DNA from: Rebecca billardiae RCC1528
Lineage: Eukaryota; Protista; Haptophyta
Assembly: GCA_965240325.2 (NCBI GenBank)
Contig: OZ251224.1
Coordinates: 3,782,001 to 3,846,000, forward strand
Reading direction: 5' to 3'
Length of the DNA: 64,000 nt
Under the pieces are notes generated by a model, which saw only the letters and a list, made by a program, of their open reading frames with translations, was not told the origin of the DNA and did not search any database. Within the stretch, counting starts at the first letter, position 1; every line of letters begins with the position of its first letter. Positions 11,429-24,900 of the stretch are shown here, piece by piece. A program made the position numbers and the translations under genes.

Positions 11429-12225
11429 TGCAGTGCCGTGCAGGGCCGGTGAGCGCGCAACGTGGACTCGGGTGGAGCGGTGGAGCCCGCGCCGCCGGCC
11501 AGCCGGCACGGCCCTGCCGCTGGCGGCCAACGGCAACGGGCTCCGCCGCGTCCGACGGCTCTCTCCGAGGGGCGCCGTCGAGCTCACCGGCCGATCCAAA
11601 AGCAGAGGGCCCTGGCGCGAGCCGCACCATACATGTGCGCGCGGCGAGTGACACGCGGGTTTCGTGCCGCGCCCACTGATACATCACCCTGCGCGCCCCG
11701 CCCTGCCTGATCTGCCTGCGCGCTGCTGCATGTACAATAAACTCATCATCATCAGTTTGGGCGTGAGCCACGCGCGAGCCCGGCGCCGTGCAGTCGCACG
11801 CTCGGGGGCGGCGGCGCCTGTCGCCGGATGACGGATTCTCATATCGGACTTGACCACACCGCCAGGTGACCACACGTGCCGCTGCCAAGCCTTCCCGTCC
11901 CCCACGCCGTGGGCCAGAGACGTTTTGCCGGCCGACAAACCATGGCCGAGACAAGACTGACGGACACTGCGGTGCGCACGCCTGCGCGCCCTGCGGCTGG
12001 GTGGCTGGGTCCGCGGCCGTCGGACACTCGGACTCGCCCTCGCGCCGACGCGCCCGACTCATCCATCACCTCGAGCTGTGCAGTACCATCAACCATGGAT
12101 TCCCCTCAGAAAGTTTATTTATCATAGTAGTACAGTTTACTATGTTTTAACGTGCACACTTGGTTAAGGCGTGTATGTATTGGTTCTGACGTCGGTCTGA
12201 CGTCGGCCAAGGACTATGATACGTA

Positions 12226-12895
12226 CAGGTGGGTGAGGGCAGAATGAGACAAAATCCCGGATCGTGTTTTGCGCTCCACCACGATGGCGCTCACGCCCTT
12301 CGCGCACGTCGTCGTGGAGGGCATCAGACGAAGAGTTCAAGCTGCGAGTCTCGTGGGCTAACTCCATGCCGTTGAGGAGCACGAGCACCATCAAGTTTGT
12401 CTCACTTTGGGGGGGTGAGGGCACTTTGAGACAAACCGCGTGCGCACGCCCGACGAGCTCACCAACTGGGGAGAGCAAGCTTCCCATGGGCTCTTGGCGC
12501 GTGTCTGACGTCCCTACTACCTCCCATGGCATGGCCAGCCGTCAGGTTGGCGTCCCCTTGCAGTAGTAGACTACCTTGCTCACGTCACTGAAGGGCACCG
12601 TGCATCGCGGTTCGCGGCCGTCTCACAGTGGCGGGGCACGTTCGGCGGCTACGTTTGGTGCGTGCAGGCCAGGCATGGGCAGCGGAGCGGCCTGCAAACG
12701 AGCGGAGGTGCCAGGCATGCACCTTGGGCACACATGTGACGCGTCTCGACAGACTTGCGTCCACCTCACCGGGCGCTGTAGCGCGTGCGAGGCGGGCGCC
12801 ATGCACCACGCCCAGTGGGCGCCACTGGACCGCCACTGGGCCGCCACCTTCGGGTCTCAAAGTGCCCTCTGTCTCATTCTGCCCTCATCGACCTG
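12226..12895. mobile_element. Non-autonomous Tc1/mariner-type element (MITE), 670 bp
   Basis: TA|CAGGTGGGTGAGGGCAGAATGAGAC ... GTCTCATTCTGCCCTCATCGACCTG|TA: 25-bp TIR with 3 mismatches and TA on both sides. An inner repeat GAGGGCACTTTGAGAC at 12417-12432 has its inverse at 12854-12869. Confidence 0.8.
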
Positions 12896-12977
12896 TACTT
12901 GGTTGGTTAATTCCATCCTTCTTTTCGAGGACGACGATGGTTTATCATAGCGCGTCGCCACCCAGATCTCTCAACAG

Positions 12978-15900
12978 ATGCCGCTCGGGGTGGGCCTGCT
13001 CGCGCTCGTCGCGACGACGGCGCCACATCCGGGGCCGCTGCTGCGCGTGGGCAGCGCGGGTGGCGTCTCCCGCATATCGAGCGGCGTGCAGCACACCTGC
13101 GTCCTCTACGACACTGGCCTCGCGAAGTGGTGCGCCGCGTCGCCGCGCAAGCGCGGCGCTTCTGCGCGCCCCGCCCTCCCCAATCCGCATGTGCTCTCCG
13201 CTCACGCGCCGGCCGCGCGGGGATACCTGCGGCGACGAGCAGCTTTGGGAAGAACTCGAACGGACAGCTGGGCTACGACAACACCGACGACATCGGCGAC
13301 AACCCCAACGAGCTCGGCGACGGCCTCCCGTTCCTCACCATGCCCACCAGCACCACGATCACCGACCTCTCGACGGGCGCTTTGCACTCGTGCGCGGTGC
13401 TCTCGGACGAGACGATCCGATGGTGCGCGTCGTGCACCGGCGCTCCCGCGCGACGCCGGCGGGAATGCCCCCGCGCTCGACGACCCCCTCACACGCGCGC
13501 CGCGCCCGCGCGGGATTGGTTGGCATGCCGCCTGCCCGCCGACCGCCGCGTCCTCGCCGCAGCTGGGGGCTGAACGACAAGGGGCAGCTCGGAACGGGCG
13601 ATAGCACGTCCGCTGGAGACGGCGCAGGCCGCGCCATGGGCAACACGCTGCCGGCGGTCAACCTCGGCGGCTCAGCCACGCCGCACGCCGTGCGCTGCGG
13701 CTTTTGGCACACGTGTGCGCTCACCACGATCTCGTCTGTGCTCGGCGTGCAGTGCTGGGGCAAGGGCGACAAGGGCGAGCTGGGGTACGAGAATTCGAAC
13801 GACCGCTCGGCGCCCGGGGGCCACATTTCCTTCGGCACCGGCCTGACCGTCAGCTCGATCGACGCGCACCTGGGCGAGCACAACTGCGTGCTCTTTGCAG
13901 ACGGCTCGGTCAAGTGGTGCGCGCAGGGCGGCGCGCGCGCGCATGCGCGGCGCAGAGCGCGACACCGGGCCGAGTGCGTGGGTGTGCGGCGCATTGGGCC
14001 GCGCACGGCGCACGCCGCACGAACCGCCTCCGGCGTGTGCCCCGCGCGCCTGTTCCCGCGCGCAGCTGGGGCTACAACGGCAAGGGTCAGCTCGGCACGG
14101 GCGACTCGGACATCCGCGGCGCCTCGTCGAACTCTATGGGCGACGACCTGCCCGCGGCGCTCCCCGACGGCTCGGCGGACGAGGTGGCGGTCGGGCTCCA
14201 GCACTCGTGCGCACGCCTCACCGCCGGTGGCATCAAGTGCTGGGGCGACGGCGCGTCTGGGGCGCTGGGCACCGGCACCACTGACGAAGAGAACGACCCA
14301 TCGACTGTCTCAAGCTTCACGCTCGGCTCAGGGCTCACACCCACCGCGCTCAGCCTCGGCTCCATGCACGGCTGTGCGGTCGCAACGGGCGGCGTGCTCA
14401 AGTGGTGCGTGCGGCGCTCCGCGCCTCGCCGCCCCGCGCCACGCGCCCCCGGCCCGGTCCACCACGCCGTCACAGGCGACCCGCCCGCCATGCAGCTCAC
14501 CGCAGACCCCGCTTCGCGCCCCGCGCCTCTCGCGAACTCCGCTCGTTGCGGTGCGTGCTGTGCGCACGCGCGCCGCGCGCTCCCGCCCGTGCCGCGATGC
14601 GTGCGCGTGGCCGCGGGCTACGCCACGCGGCTTGGCGCAGCTGGGGCGCCGCAGACAAGGGCCAGATCGGCTCCGGCGACGCGTCCAGCCGTGGCGACTC
14701 CGGCGGCGAGATGGGCGACGTTCTCAGGCCCGTCGACCTCGGGACCGGCCTGGGCGCCGAGGCGCTGAGTGCTGGCTCCCTGTTCACGTGCGCCGCGACA
14801 GACGACGGCGGCATCAGATGGTGCGTGCGCACGCGCGCGCACGCGCGCGGAGTGATGGGTCGCGGGGCGGTGCGCGCGGCCGCGCAGCGCGCCGGCCGCT
14901 GTGGGCGTGGCTCTGGTGGCTCCCGCGCGGCATGGCGAGCGCGCGCACGCGCCGGGAGGTCGCGCGAGCGCTGCTCGGCCACCGCGCATGGCACCACGCA
15001 CACGCGTGCCACGTGGCTCTGCGAGCACGCGCCTGACCCGCGCGCGCGTGCAACCGGCCGCGCGGCGCGCGCGCGTGCTGCGCAGCTTCGGCGACCCTGA
15101 CAAGGGGCAGCTGGGCACGGGCGACGACGTGCAGCGCGGAGCGAGCGCTGGGACGATGGGGAACAACCTGCCTGCCATCGGGCTGATGCCGCCACCCTTT
15201 CCGCCGCCCGCGCCGCCCTCGCCGCCGCCGAGCCCTCCGCCACCGAGCCCGCCGCCCGCGCCGCCGCCGAGCCCTCCGCCACCGAGCCCGCCGCCCGCGC
15301 CGCCGCCGAGCCCTCCGCCACCGAGCCCGCCGCCCGCGCCGCCGCCGAGCCCTCCGCCACCGAGCCCGCCGCCCGCGCCGCCGCCGAGCCCTCCGCCACC
15401 GAGCCCGCCGCCCGCGCCGCCGCCTTCGCCACCACCGTCGCCACCACCCAGCCCACCGCCGTCGCCACCGTCACCGCCGCCGAGCCCGCCGCCATCACCT
15501 CCGCCAAGACCGCCTCCGAGCCCGCCGCCAGGCCCGCCGCCGTCGCCACCACCGTCACCACCAGCGAGCCCGCCGCCTCCTAACCAGCCGCCCTCTGAGC
15601 CGCCATCACTGCCGCCCTCGCCACCACCGTCTTCGCCACCATCGCCTCCGCCGAGCCCGCCACCGAGCCCGCCGCCGAGCCCGCCCTCGCCGCCGCCCTC
15701 ACCGCCGCCCTCGCCGCCGCCCTCGCCGCCGCCCTCGCCGCCGCCACCGCAGCCGCCACCACAGCTGCCGCCCAGCCCACCGCCACGGGCGCCGCCCTCG
15801 CCGCCGCCCAGCCCGCCGCCGAGCCCGCCACCGCCCAGATTACCGCCCTCGCCACCGCCCTCTCTGCCGCCCTCGCCACCTCCGAGCCCACCACCCTCGC

Positions 15901-18900
15901 CGCCGCCCGCGGCGCCGCCGTCCCCGCCGCCGAGCCCGCCGCCGTCGCAGCCACCGAGCCCACCACCACCCACGCCACCACCGTCACCACCGCCTCTGCC
16001 GCCACCATCGCCACCACCGAGCCCACCGCCTTCACCGCCGCCCTTGCAACCGCCGAGCCCGCCGCCGAGCCCGCCGCCGCCTTCGCCACCGCCCTCACCA
16101 CCGCCCTCACCACTGCCATCCCCGCCACCCAGCCCGCCGCCGCCCTTGCCGCCACCCTCACCTCCGCCCTCGCCGCCACCATCGCTCCCGCCCGGCCCGC
16201 CACCGAGCCCCCCGCCACCGAACCCGCCACCAGGCCCGCCGCCGCCCTTGCCTCCACCCTCGCCGCCCCCGTCGCCATCGCCTGCACCACCACCGAGCCC
16301 GCCGCCGAGCCCGCCACCATCGCCACCACCGTCACCACCACCGAGCCCTCCGCCTCCTAACCAGCCGCCCTCTCCGCCGCCATCACCGCCGCCCTCGCCA
16401 CCACCGTCTTCGCCACCATCGCCTCCGCCGAGCCCGCCACCGAGCCCGCCGCCGAGCCCGCCACCGCCCCTACCACCACCTTCACCGCCGCCCTCGCCTC
16501 CGCCCTCGCCGCCGCCGAGCCCACCTCCGAGCCCGCCGCCGCCCTCGCCGCCGCCTGTCCCGCCACCCTCGCCGCCGCCACCACCGCCGCCATCCCCGCC
16601 GCCACCGCCCTCGCCCTCGCCGCCGCCTTCGCCGGGCCCACCGCCGAGCCCGCCGCCGCCGCCACCACCATCCCCGTCGCCACCGCCGTCGCCCTCGCCG
16701 CCGCCTTCGCCGGGCCCACCGCCGAGCCCGCCGCCGCCACCACCACCATCCCCGCCGCCACCGCCGTCGCCCTCGCCGCCGCCTCTGCCCAGCCCACCGC
16801 CGAGCCCGCCGCCACCATTCGCGCCGCCACCGCCTTCGCCCTCGCCGCCGCCACCGAGCCCACCATTGAGTCCGCCCTCGCCGCCGCCCTCACCGCCGCC
16901 CTCGCCGCCGCCCTCGCCGCCGCCCTCGCAGCCGCCACCGCAGCCGCCACCACAGCCGCCGCCCAGCCCACCGCCACTGGCGCCGCCCTCGCCGCCGCCT
17001 AGCCCGCCGCCGAGCCCGCCACCGCCCAGATTACCGCCCTCGCCACCGCCCTCTCTGCCGCCCTCGCCACCTCCGAGCCCACCACCCTCGCCGCCGCCCG
17101 CGGCGCCGCCGTCCCCGCCGCCGAGCCCGCCGCCGAGCCCGCCGCCGAGCCCGCCGCCGTCCCCGCCGCCGAGTCCGCCACCGAGCCCGCCGCCGAGCCC
17201 GCCGCCGTCGCCACCGCCGGCGCCGCCGCCACCGAGCCCGCCGCCGAGCCCGCCGCCCAGCCCGCCGCCATCGCCACCGCCCGCGCCGCCACCACCGAGC
17301 CCGCCGCCCAGCCCGCCGCCCAGCCCGCCGCCATCGCCTCCGCCGCTGCCGCCGCCACCGAGCCCGCCGCCGAGCCCGCCGCCATCGCCACCGCCCGCGC
17401 CGCCGCCACCGAGCCCGCCGCCCAGCCCGCCGCCATCGCCACCGCCGGCACCGCCGCCACCGAGCCTGCCGCCCAGCCCGCCGCCGTCGCCACCGCCGTC
17501 GCCACCGCCGACTCCGCCGCCACCGAGCCCGCCGCCCAGCCCGCCGCCATCACCACCGCCGACTCCACCGCCACCAAGCCCGCCGCCCAGCCCGCCGCCA
17601 TCGCCTCCGCCGCTTCCGCCGCCACCGAGCCCGCCGCCGAGCCCGCCGCCATCGCCACCGCCGGCGGCGCCGCCGCCGAGCCCGCCACCCAGCCCGCCAC
17701 CATCATCACCGCCGTCGTTGCCTCCACCGAGCCCGCCGCCGAGCCCACCTCCGTCGCCACCGCCGAGCCCGCCACCAAGCCCACCGCCATCACCATCGCC
17801 GTCGCCGCCGCCACCGAGCCCACCGCCGAGCCCGCCTCCGTCGCCACCGCCGACTCCGCCGCCACCGAGCCCGCCGCCCAGCCCACCGCCATCACCACCG
17901 CCGCTGCCGCCGCCGCCGAGCCCGCCGCCCAGCCCGCCGCCGTCGCCACCGCCGTCGCCACCGCCGACTCGGCCGCCGCCGAGCCCGCCGCCCAGCCCGC
18001 CGCCATCGCCACCGCCAGTGCCGCCGCCCCCGAGCCCGCCGCCGAGCCCGCCTCCATCGCCACCGCCGGCGCCGCCGCCTCCGAGCCCGCCGCCCAGCCA
18101 GCCGCCCAGCCCGCCGCCATCGCCACCGCCGGCGCCGCCGCCACCGAGCCCACCGCCGAGCCCGCCGCCATCGCCGCTGCCTGCGCCGCCGCCGCCGAGC
18201 CCGCCACCCAGCCCGCCACCATTATCACCGCCGTCGTCGCCTCCACCGAGCCCGCCGCCGATCCCACCTCCGTCGCCACCGCCGGCGCCGCCACCGCCGA
18301 GCCCACCACCAAGCCCACCGCCATTACCACCGCCGTCGCCGCCGCCACCGAGCCTGCCGCCCAGCCCGCCGCCGTCGCCACCGCCGACTCCGCCGCCACC
18401 GAGCCCGCCGCCCAGCCCGCCGCCATCACCACCGCCGCTGCCGCCGCCACCGAGCCCGTCACCGAGCCCGCCGCCATCATCGCCGCCGTCGTCGCCGCCC
18501 CCGATCCCACCGCCGAGCCCGCCGCCATCGCCACCGCCGGCGCCACCGCCACCGAGCCCACCGCCGAGCCCGCCGCCATCGCCACCGCCGCCGTCGCCTC
18601 CACCGAACCCGCCGTCCAGCCCGCCGCCATCACCACCGCCGCTGCCATCGCCACCAAGCCCGCCACCGAGCCCGCCGCCACCACCGTTTCCGCCGCCGCC
18701 GCCCTCGCCCTCACCGCCGCCGCCCTCGCCCTCGCCGCCGCCGCCCTCACCATCGCCGCCGCCGCCACCACCATCGCCCTCGCCGCCGCCGCCCTCGCCC
18801 TCGCCGCCGCCACCTAGCACACCACCAACACCGCCACCTCCGAGCCCACCACCCTTGCCACCGCTCGCACCGCCACCGCATCCACCACCAAGCCCTCCAC

Positions 18901-21900
18901 CGCCCATGCCTCCACCCTCCCCGCCCCCGTCGCCACCGCCGTCATCACCACCGAGCCCGCCGCCGTCGCCACCGCCGGCACCACCGCCACCGAGCCCGCC
19001 GCCAAGCCCGCCGCCATCACCACCGCCGCTGCCGCCGCCACCGAGCCCGCCGCCCAGCCCGCCGCCGTCGCCACCGCCGGCGCCGCCGCCACCGAGTCCG
19101 CCGCCAAGCCCGCCGCCATCGCCACCGCCGCTGCCGCCGCCACCGATCCCGCCGCCGAGCCCGCCGCCATCGCCACCGCCCGCGCCGCCGCCACCGAGCC
19201 TGCCGCCCATCCCGCCACCATCACCACCGCCGACTCCACCGCCACCGCGCCCGCCGCCGAGCCCGCCGCCATCGCCACCGCCGCTGCCGCCGCCACCAAG
19301 CCCGCCGCCCAGCCCGCCGCCGTCGCCACCGCCGGCGCCGCCGCCACCGAGCCCGCCGCCAAGCCCGCCGCCATCGCCACCGCCGCTGCCGCCGCCACCG
19401 AGCCTGCCGCCCATCCCACCACCATCACCACCGCCGACTCCACCGCCACCGCGCCCGCCGCCGAGCCCGCCGCCATCGCCACCGCCGCTGCCGCCGCCAC
19501 CGATCCCGCCGCCGAGCCCGCCGCCATCGCCACCGCCCGCGCCGCCGCCACCGAGCCCGCCGCCAAGCCCGCCGCCATCGCCTCCGCCGCTGCAGCCGCC
19601 ACCGAGCCCGCCACCGAGCCCGCCGCCATCACCTCCGCCGGCGCCGCCGCCACCGCCGAGCCCACCGCCGAGCCCGCCGCCATCGCCTCCGCCGGCGCCG
19701 CCGCCACCGCCGAGCCCACCGCCGAGCCCGCCACTATCACCACCGCCGACTCCACCGCCACCGCGCCCGCCACCGAGCCCGCCGCCATCGCCACCGCCGC
19801 TGCCGCCGCCACCGAGCCCGCCGCCGAGCCCGCCGCCATCGCCACCGCCCGCGCCGCCGCCACCGAGCCCGCCGCCGAGCCCGCCGCCATCGCCTCCGCC
19901 GCTTCCGCCGCCACCGAGCCCGCCACCGAGCCCGCCGCCATCACCTCCGCCGGCGCCGCCGCCACCGCCGAGCCCACCGCCGAGCCCGCCGCCATCGCCT
20001 CCGCCGGCGCCGCCGCCACCGCCGAGCCCACCGCCGAGCCCGCCACTATCACCACCGCCGACTCCACCGCCACCGCGCCCGCCACCGAGCCCGCCGCCAT
20101 CGCCACCGCCGCTGCCGCCGCCACCGAGCCCGCCGCCGAGCCCGCCGTCATCGCCACCGCCGGCGCCGCCGCCACCGAGCCTGCCGCCGAGCCCGCCGCC
20201 ATCGCCTCCGCCGGCGCCGCCGCCACCGCCGAGCCCACCGCCGAGCCCGCCGCCATCGCCACCGCCCGCGCCGCCGCCACCGATCCCGCCGCCGAGCCCG
20301 CCGCCATTGCCACCGCCTGCGCCGCCGCCACCGAGCCTGCCGCCCAGCCCGCCACCATCACCACCGCCGACTTCACCGCCACCGCGCCCGCCACCGAGCC
20401 CGCCGCCATCGCCACCGCCGCTGCCGCCGCCACCGAGCCCGTCGCCGAGCCCGCCGCCATCGCCGCCGCCCGCGCCGCCGCCGCCGAGCCCGCCGCCCAG
20501 CCCGCCACCATCACCACCGCCGGCGTCACCGCCACCGCGCCCGCCACCGAGCCCGCCGCCATCGCCACCGCCCGCGCCGCCGCCACCGAGCCTGCCGCCG
20601 AGCCCTCCGCCATCGCCTCCGCCGCTGCCGCCGCCACCGAGCCCGCCGCCGAGCCCGCCGCCATCGCCACCGCCCGCGCCGCCGCCACCGATCCCGCCGC
20701 CGAGCCCGCCGCCATTGCCACCGCCTGCGCCGCCGCCACCGAGCCCGCCGCCGAGCCCGCCGCCATCGCCTCCGCCGCTGCCGCCGCCACCGAGCCCGCT
20801 GCCGAGCACGCCGCCATTGCCACCGCCCGCGCCGCCGCCGCCGAGCCCGCCGCCCATCTCGCCACCATCACCACCGCCGGCGTCACCGCCACCGCGCCCG
20901 CCACCGAGCCCGCCGCCATCGCCACCGCCCGCGCCGCCGCCACCGAGCCTGCCGCCGAGCCCTCCGCCATCGCCTCCGCCGCTGCCGCCGCCACCGAGCC
21001 CGCCGCCGAGCCCGCCGCCATCGCCACCGCCCGCGCCGCCGCCACCGAGCCTGCCGCCGAGCCCTCCGCCATCGCCTCCGCCGCTGCAGCCGCCACCGAG
21101 CCCGCCGCCGAGCCCGCCGCCATCGCCACCGCCCGCGCCGCCGCCACCGATCCCGCCGCCGAGCCCGCCGCCATTGCCACCGCCTGCGCCGCCGCCACCG
21201 AGCCTGCCGCCCAGCCCGCCACCATCACCACCGCCGACTCCACCGCCACCAAGCCCGCCACCGAGCCCGCCGCCATCGCCACCGCCGCTGCCGCCGCCAC
21301 CGAGCCCGCCGCCGAGCCCGCCGCCATCGCCACCGCCTGCGCCGCCGCCACCAAGCCCGCCGCCGAGCCCGCCTCCGTCGCCTCCGCCGCTGCAGCCGCC
21401 ACCGAGCCCGCCGCCCAGCCCGCCGCCATCGTCACCGCCCTCCCGGCCGCCATCGTCACCGCCCAGCCCGGCTCCAAGCCTTCCGCTTCTCACGCCACCG
21501 CCCGCACTGCCACCGTCGCCACCGCCGTCGCCACCGCCGCGCCCACCGCTGGGCCCCACGCCACCGGCACCACCGCCCTCTCCGCCGCCCTTGCCGCAGC
21601 CGCCGTCGACGTTGTCGCCGCCGCCGAGCGCGCCCCCGCCGCCCCCGCCGCCGCCCCGGCCACCGCCACGCCCGCCCCCCGCGCCGCCGCCCGCGCCGCC
21701 GCCGTCGCCGCCGCCACGCCGGCCGCCGAGCCCGCCACCCGCGCCGCCCTCGGCGCCGCCGCCCCCGCCGCCGCTCGCCGCGCCGGCCCTGCTCTCCGCC
21801 GCCTTCGACGCGGGCGCCACCAGCCTCGTGCTCCGCTTCGACGCGCCGACCGACCGCGGCGGGCTGAACGCCGGGCTGGCGCGGTGCGCGCCGCTGCTCG

Positions 21901-24900
21901 ACGACGAGACGCTCGGCCTCGTGGCCGGCGGCGCGGCGGAGGTCGAGGCGGCGGACGGCGGCGCCGACGAGCGCCAGTGCTACTGGCGCGATGACGCGTC
22001 CCTCGTGATCAACCTGCGCGCCTCTTCGCGCGTCCGGCCGGGCGACCGCGTGGGCGTGCGCGCGCGCGCGGTCGCACACACGGCGTGCGCGGCGCGCGCG
22101 GCCGGCGCGCCGTGCGCCGAGCCCGCGTTCGTCAGCGTGTCGAGCGTGGTGATCTCGGCAGACGCCCCGTGCGGCGTGGGCACGGCGTGCGCGGCGCCCA
22201 TCGCCACCGTCTCCGGCGCGCACGCCGTGCCGAGCTGCGCGCACGCAACCCTCCGCCTCGTCGGCGGCGCAGCGGGCGCGGGCTTCGTCCTTCCGAATGG
22301 ATTCTCGTGGCGGGTGTCGTCGCCCGAGCAGGCACCCGCGCCCGCGGAGACGGTGGCGGCGCTGTCGGCGGTGCTCGAGGCGCTGCCGCCGACGCAGCCC
22401 GTGCTCGAGCTCGACGCCTCCGCGCTCGGCGCCGAGGGCGGCTTCGTCTTCTCCCTCGTCCTCACCTCCGCGCTCGGCATCGCGTCCGCGCCCGCCGCGC
22501 ACGCCGTGGCGCGCGCGCCGCCGGACGGCCCGAGCGTCGAGCTGAGTGTGCCGTCGTCGGGCGCGGTGGTGCGCGCGGACGCGGCGGTGCGGCTTGGCGC
22601 GCGCGCGGACGTGTCGCCGTGCTGGCCGCCCGCGCTCTCCGCGCAGGTGCGCTTCGGCTGGGCGCTGCTCAACGTGACTCGCGACGGCGGCGGCGGCGGC
22701 GGCGGCAGCAGTGGCGGCGGCGCGGCGTTGCCTGCCGCAGCGGCGCCGCGCGTGCCCGACCTGGGCGACGCCGCGGGCTCGACGCTGCGGCTGCCGCCGT
22801 GGTCGCTGAGCGCGGGCCACGTGTACACGCTGCGCGTGCTCGCGACGATGGCCGCGGCGCCCGAGCTCAGCGCGAGCGCCGACGTCTCGCTGCGCGTGCC
22901 CTACCTGCCGCTGCGCGCCGCGCTCACGCCGAGCGCCGCGCGCGTGGGCGGCGCCGACGCGGTGCGGCTGGACGCCTCCGCCTCGGCCAACCCGAACGAG
23001 GCGGCGGGCGGCGGGCTCGCGTTTGCGTGGGCTGTGGCGCGCGCGTCCGACGGCGCGCCCGTCGAGCTCGACCTCGCCAACGCCACCTCGCCCACGCTGC
23101 TGCTGCCGCCGGGCGCGCTGCCGCACGGCGCGGCGTATCTCGTGCGCGTGCTCGTGTCCGCGCCCGGCGCGCCCGCGCTCGCGCCCGCGGCGGCGGAGGC
23201 GAGGGTGGAGGTGGCGGCGGCCCTGGCGCCGCTGCCGGCGCTGCGCCTCACGCCACTCGCCGCACGCAAGGCCGCGCCCACGTGGGAGCGCAGCAGCGGG
23301 CGCCTCGTCCTCCGCGCCACCGTCGACGCCGCCGCGGACGCCGAGCTCGCCGACGGCGCGGACGCGGAGGCGGCGCACGACTTTGCGTGGCGCGCGTGGC
23401 TCGTGGGCGCGGGCGGCGCGCGCGCGCCCGCGCCGCTCGAGCTTGCGGACGCGTCGGGCGTCACGACGACGGGCGCCGCGCAGCCCGCGCTCGCCTTCCG
23501 CAGCGGCGCGCTCAGCGCGGGCGCGACCTACGCGTTCGAGGTGCGCGCGACGCGGCGCGCGGCCGGCGGCGCGGCCGGCGGCGCGGCCGGCGGCGCGGCG
23601 GTCGCGGAGCTGGTCGTGGTGGTGAACCGGCCGCCGCACGGCGGCGGGCTGGCGGTCTCGCCGGAGCGCGGGGTCGCGGCGCTCACCGCGTTCGCGCTGC
23701 ACGCGCCCAGCTGGACGGACGACGACGCGGACGACCTGCCGCTCTCCTACGCGTTTGGGCACTCGCCGGAGCGCGGCGGCGGCGCGGCTGCGGACGAGGG
23801 CGCGGGCGCGGCGCTCGGCGCGGCGCAGCGCTCGGCGCACGCGCTCGCGCTGCTGCCCGTGGGGAACCGCACGCTGCACGTGCGCGTGGCCGACGTGCTC
23901 GGCGCGAGCGCGCACGCCACGAGCCGCGTGCGCGTGAACTCGCTCCGCGCCCACGCCGCCGCGGCCGCCGCGGCCGGCTCGGCCGATGCCGACGCAGACG
24001 ACGCGATGCGAATGGCCGTCGGCCGCGCGGGCCTGGCGCTCGAGACGGGCGACGGGACGCGCTCTCTGCAGCTGGCGAGCGCGATCGCCGCCGAGCTGGG
24101 CGGGCCCGCCGCCAACGCGAGCGCCGCCCTCGACTCCGAGGCCGCCGTCGCAATCTCGCTCCTCGAGATCAGCGCGGCCGCGGCGCGCGCGGGCGCGCTG
24201 CAGGAGGCGGCGTCGCGCGCGCACGCCGCGTTCACCTTGTCGGCGGTGGTGAGCGCCGCGCCGGCGGCGGCGCTCGCGGGTGGCGGGGTGCAGCTGAGCG
24301 CGCTGGCGCAGGCCGCGGCGATCGGCGCCGCCGCGGCACAGGGCGGCCTCGGCGCCGCCGAGGCCGCCGCCATCGTGCGCACACTGGACTCTGCTCTCCT
24401 CGCGCCGACCGACTCCCACGAGCGCGCGGAGACGGCCGCGCTCGGCGCGGCCGCGGCGTCCGCCGCGCACAACCTGGCGCGCGCGCTGCTCGCGGGCGCG
24501 GTGCCGGGCGAGCCCGCCGTGACGGCGGTCGGCGCCGCCCTCAACATCTCCGCCGTGCGCCGCGCCCCCGCCGCGCTCCTCAACGGCAGCTTTGGCGGCG
24601 CGGGCGGCGCGGGCGCACTCCGAGTGCCGCCGAGCGCGCTCGCCGCCGTCGGCACGGACGAGCTTGGCGGCGCGGGCGTGGACGTGGTGCTGTGGAGCGT
24701 GGGCCGCGCGGCGCTGCGCGCGGCGCCGGCGCACGCCAACGCCACCGCGCCGCCGCCGGCGCACGGCGCGGCGCGCACGTCCACCAGCGTCTTCTCGGTC
24801 ACGCTCGCGTCAGCGGCGAGCGGCGCCGCGCTGCGCGTCTCGGGCCTGGCTGAGCCGCTGCTGCTCGGACTGCCGCCGCTGCCGGCGGGCGCGGCGGCGC

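Noticed and set aside
14618-21820. 2400-aa Gly-rich ORF and Ala/Val-rich ORFs on the minus strand
   Set aside because: Antisense shadows of the Ser-Pro repeat; the plus frame links to recognisable domains on both sides.
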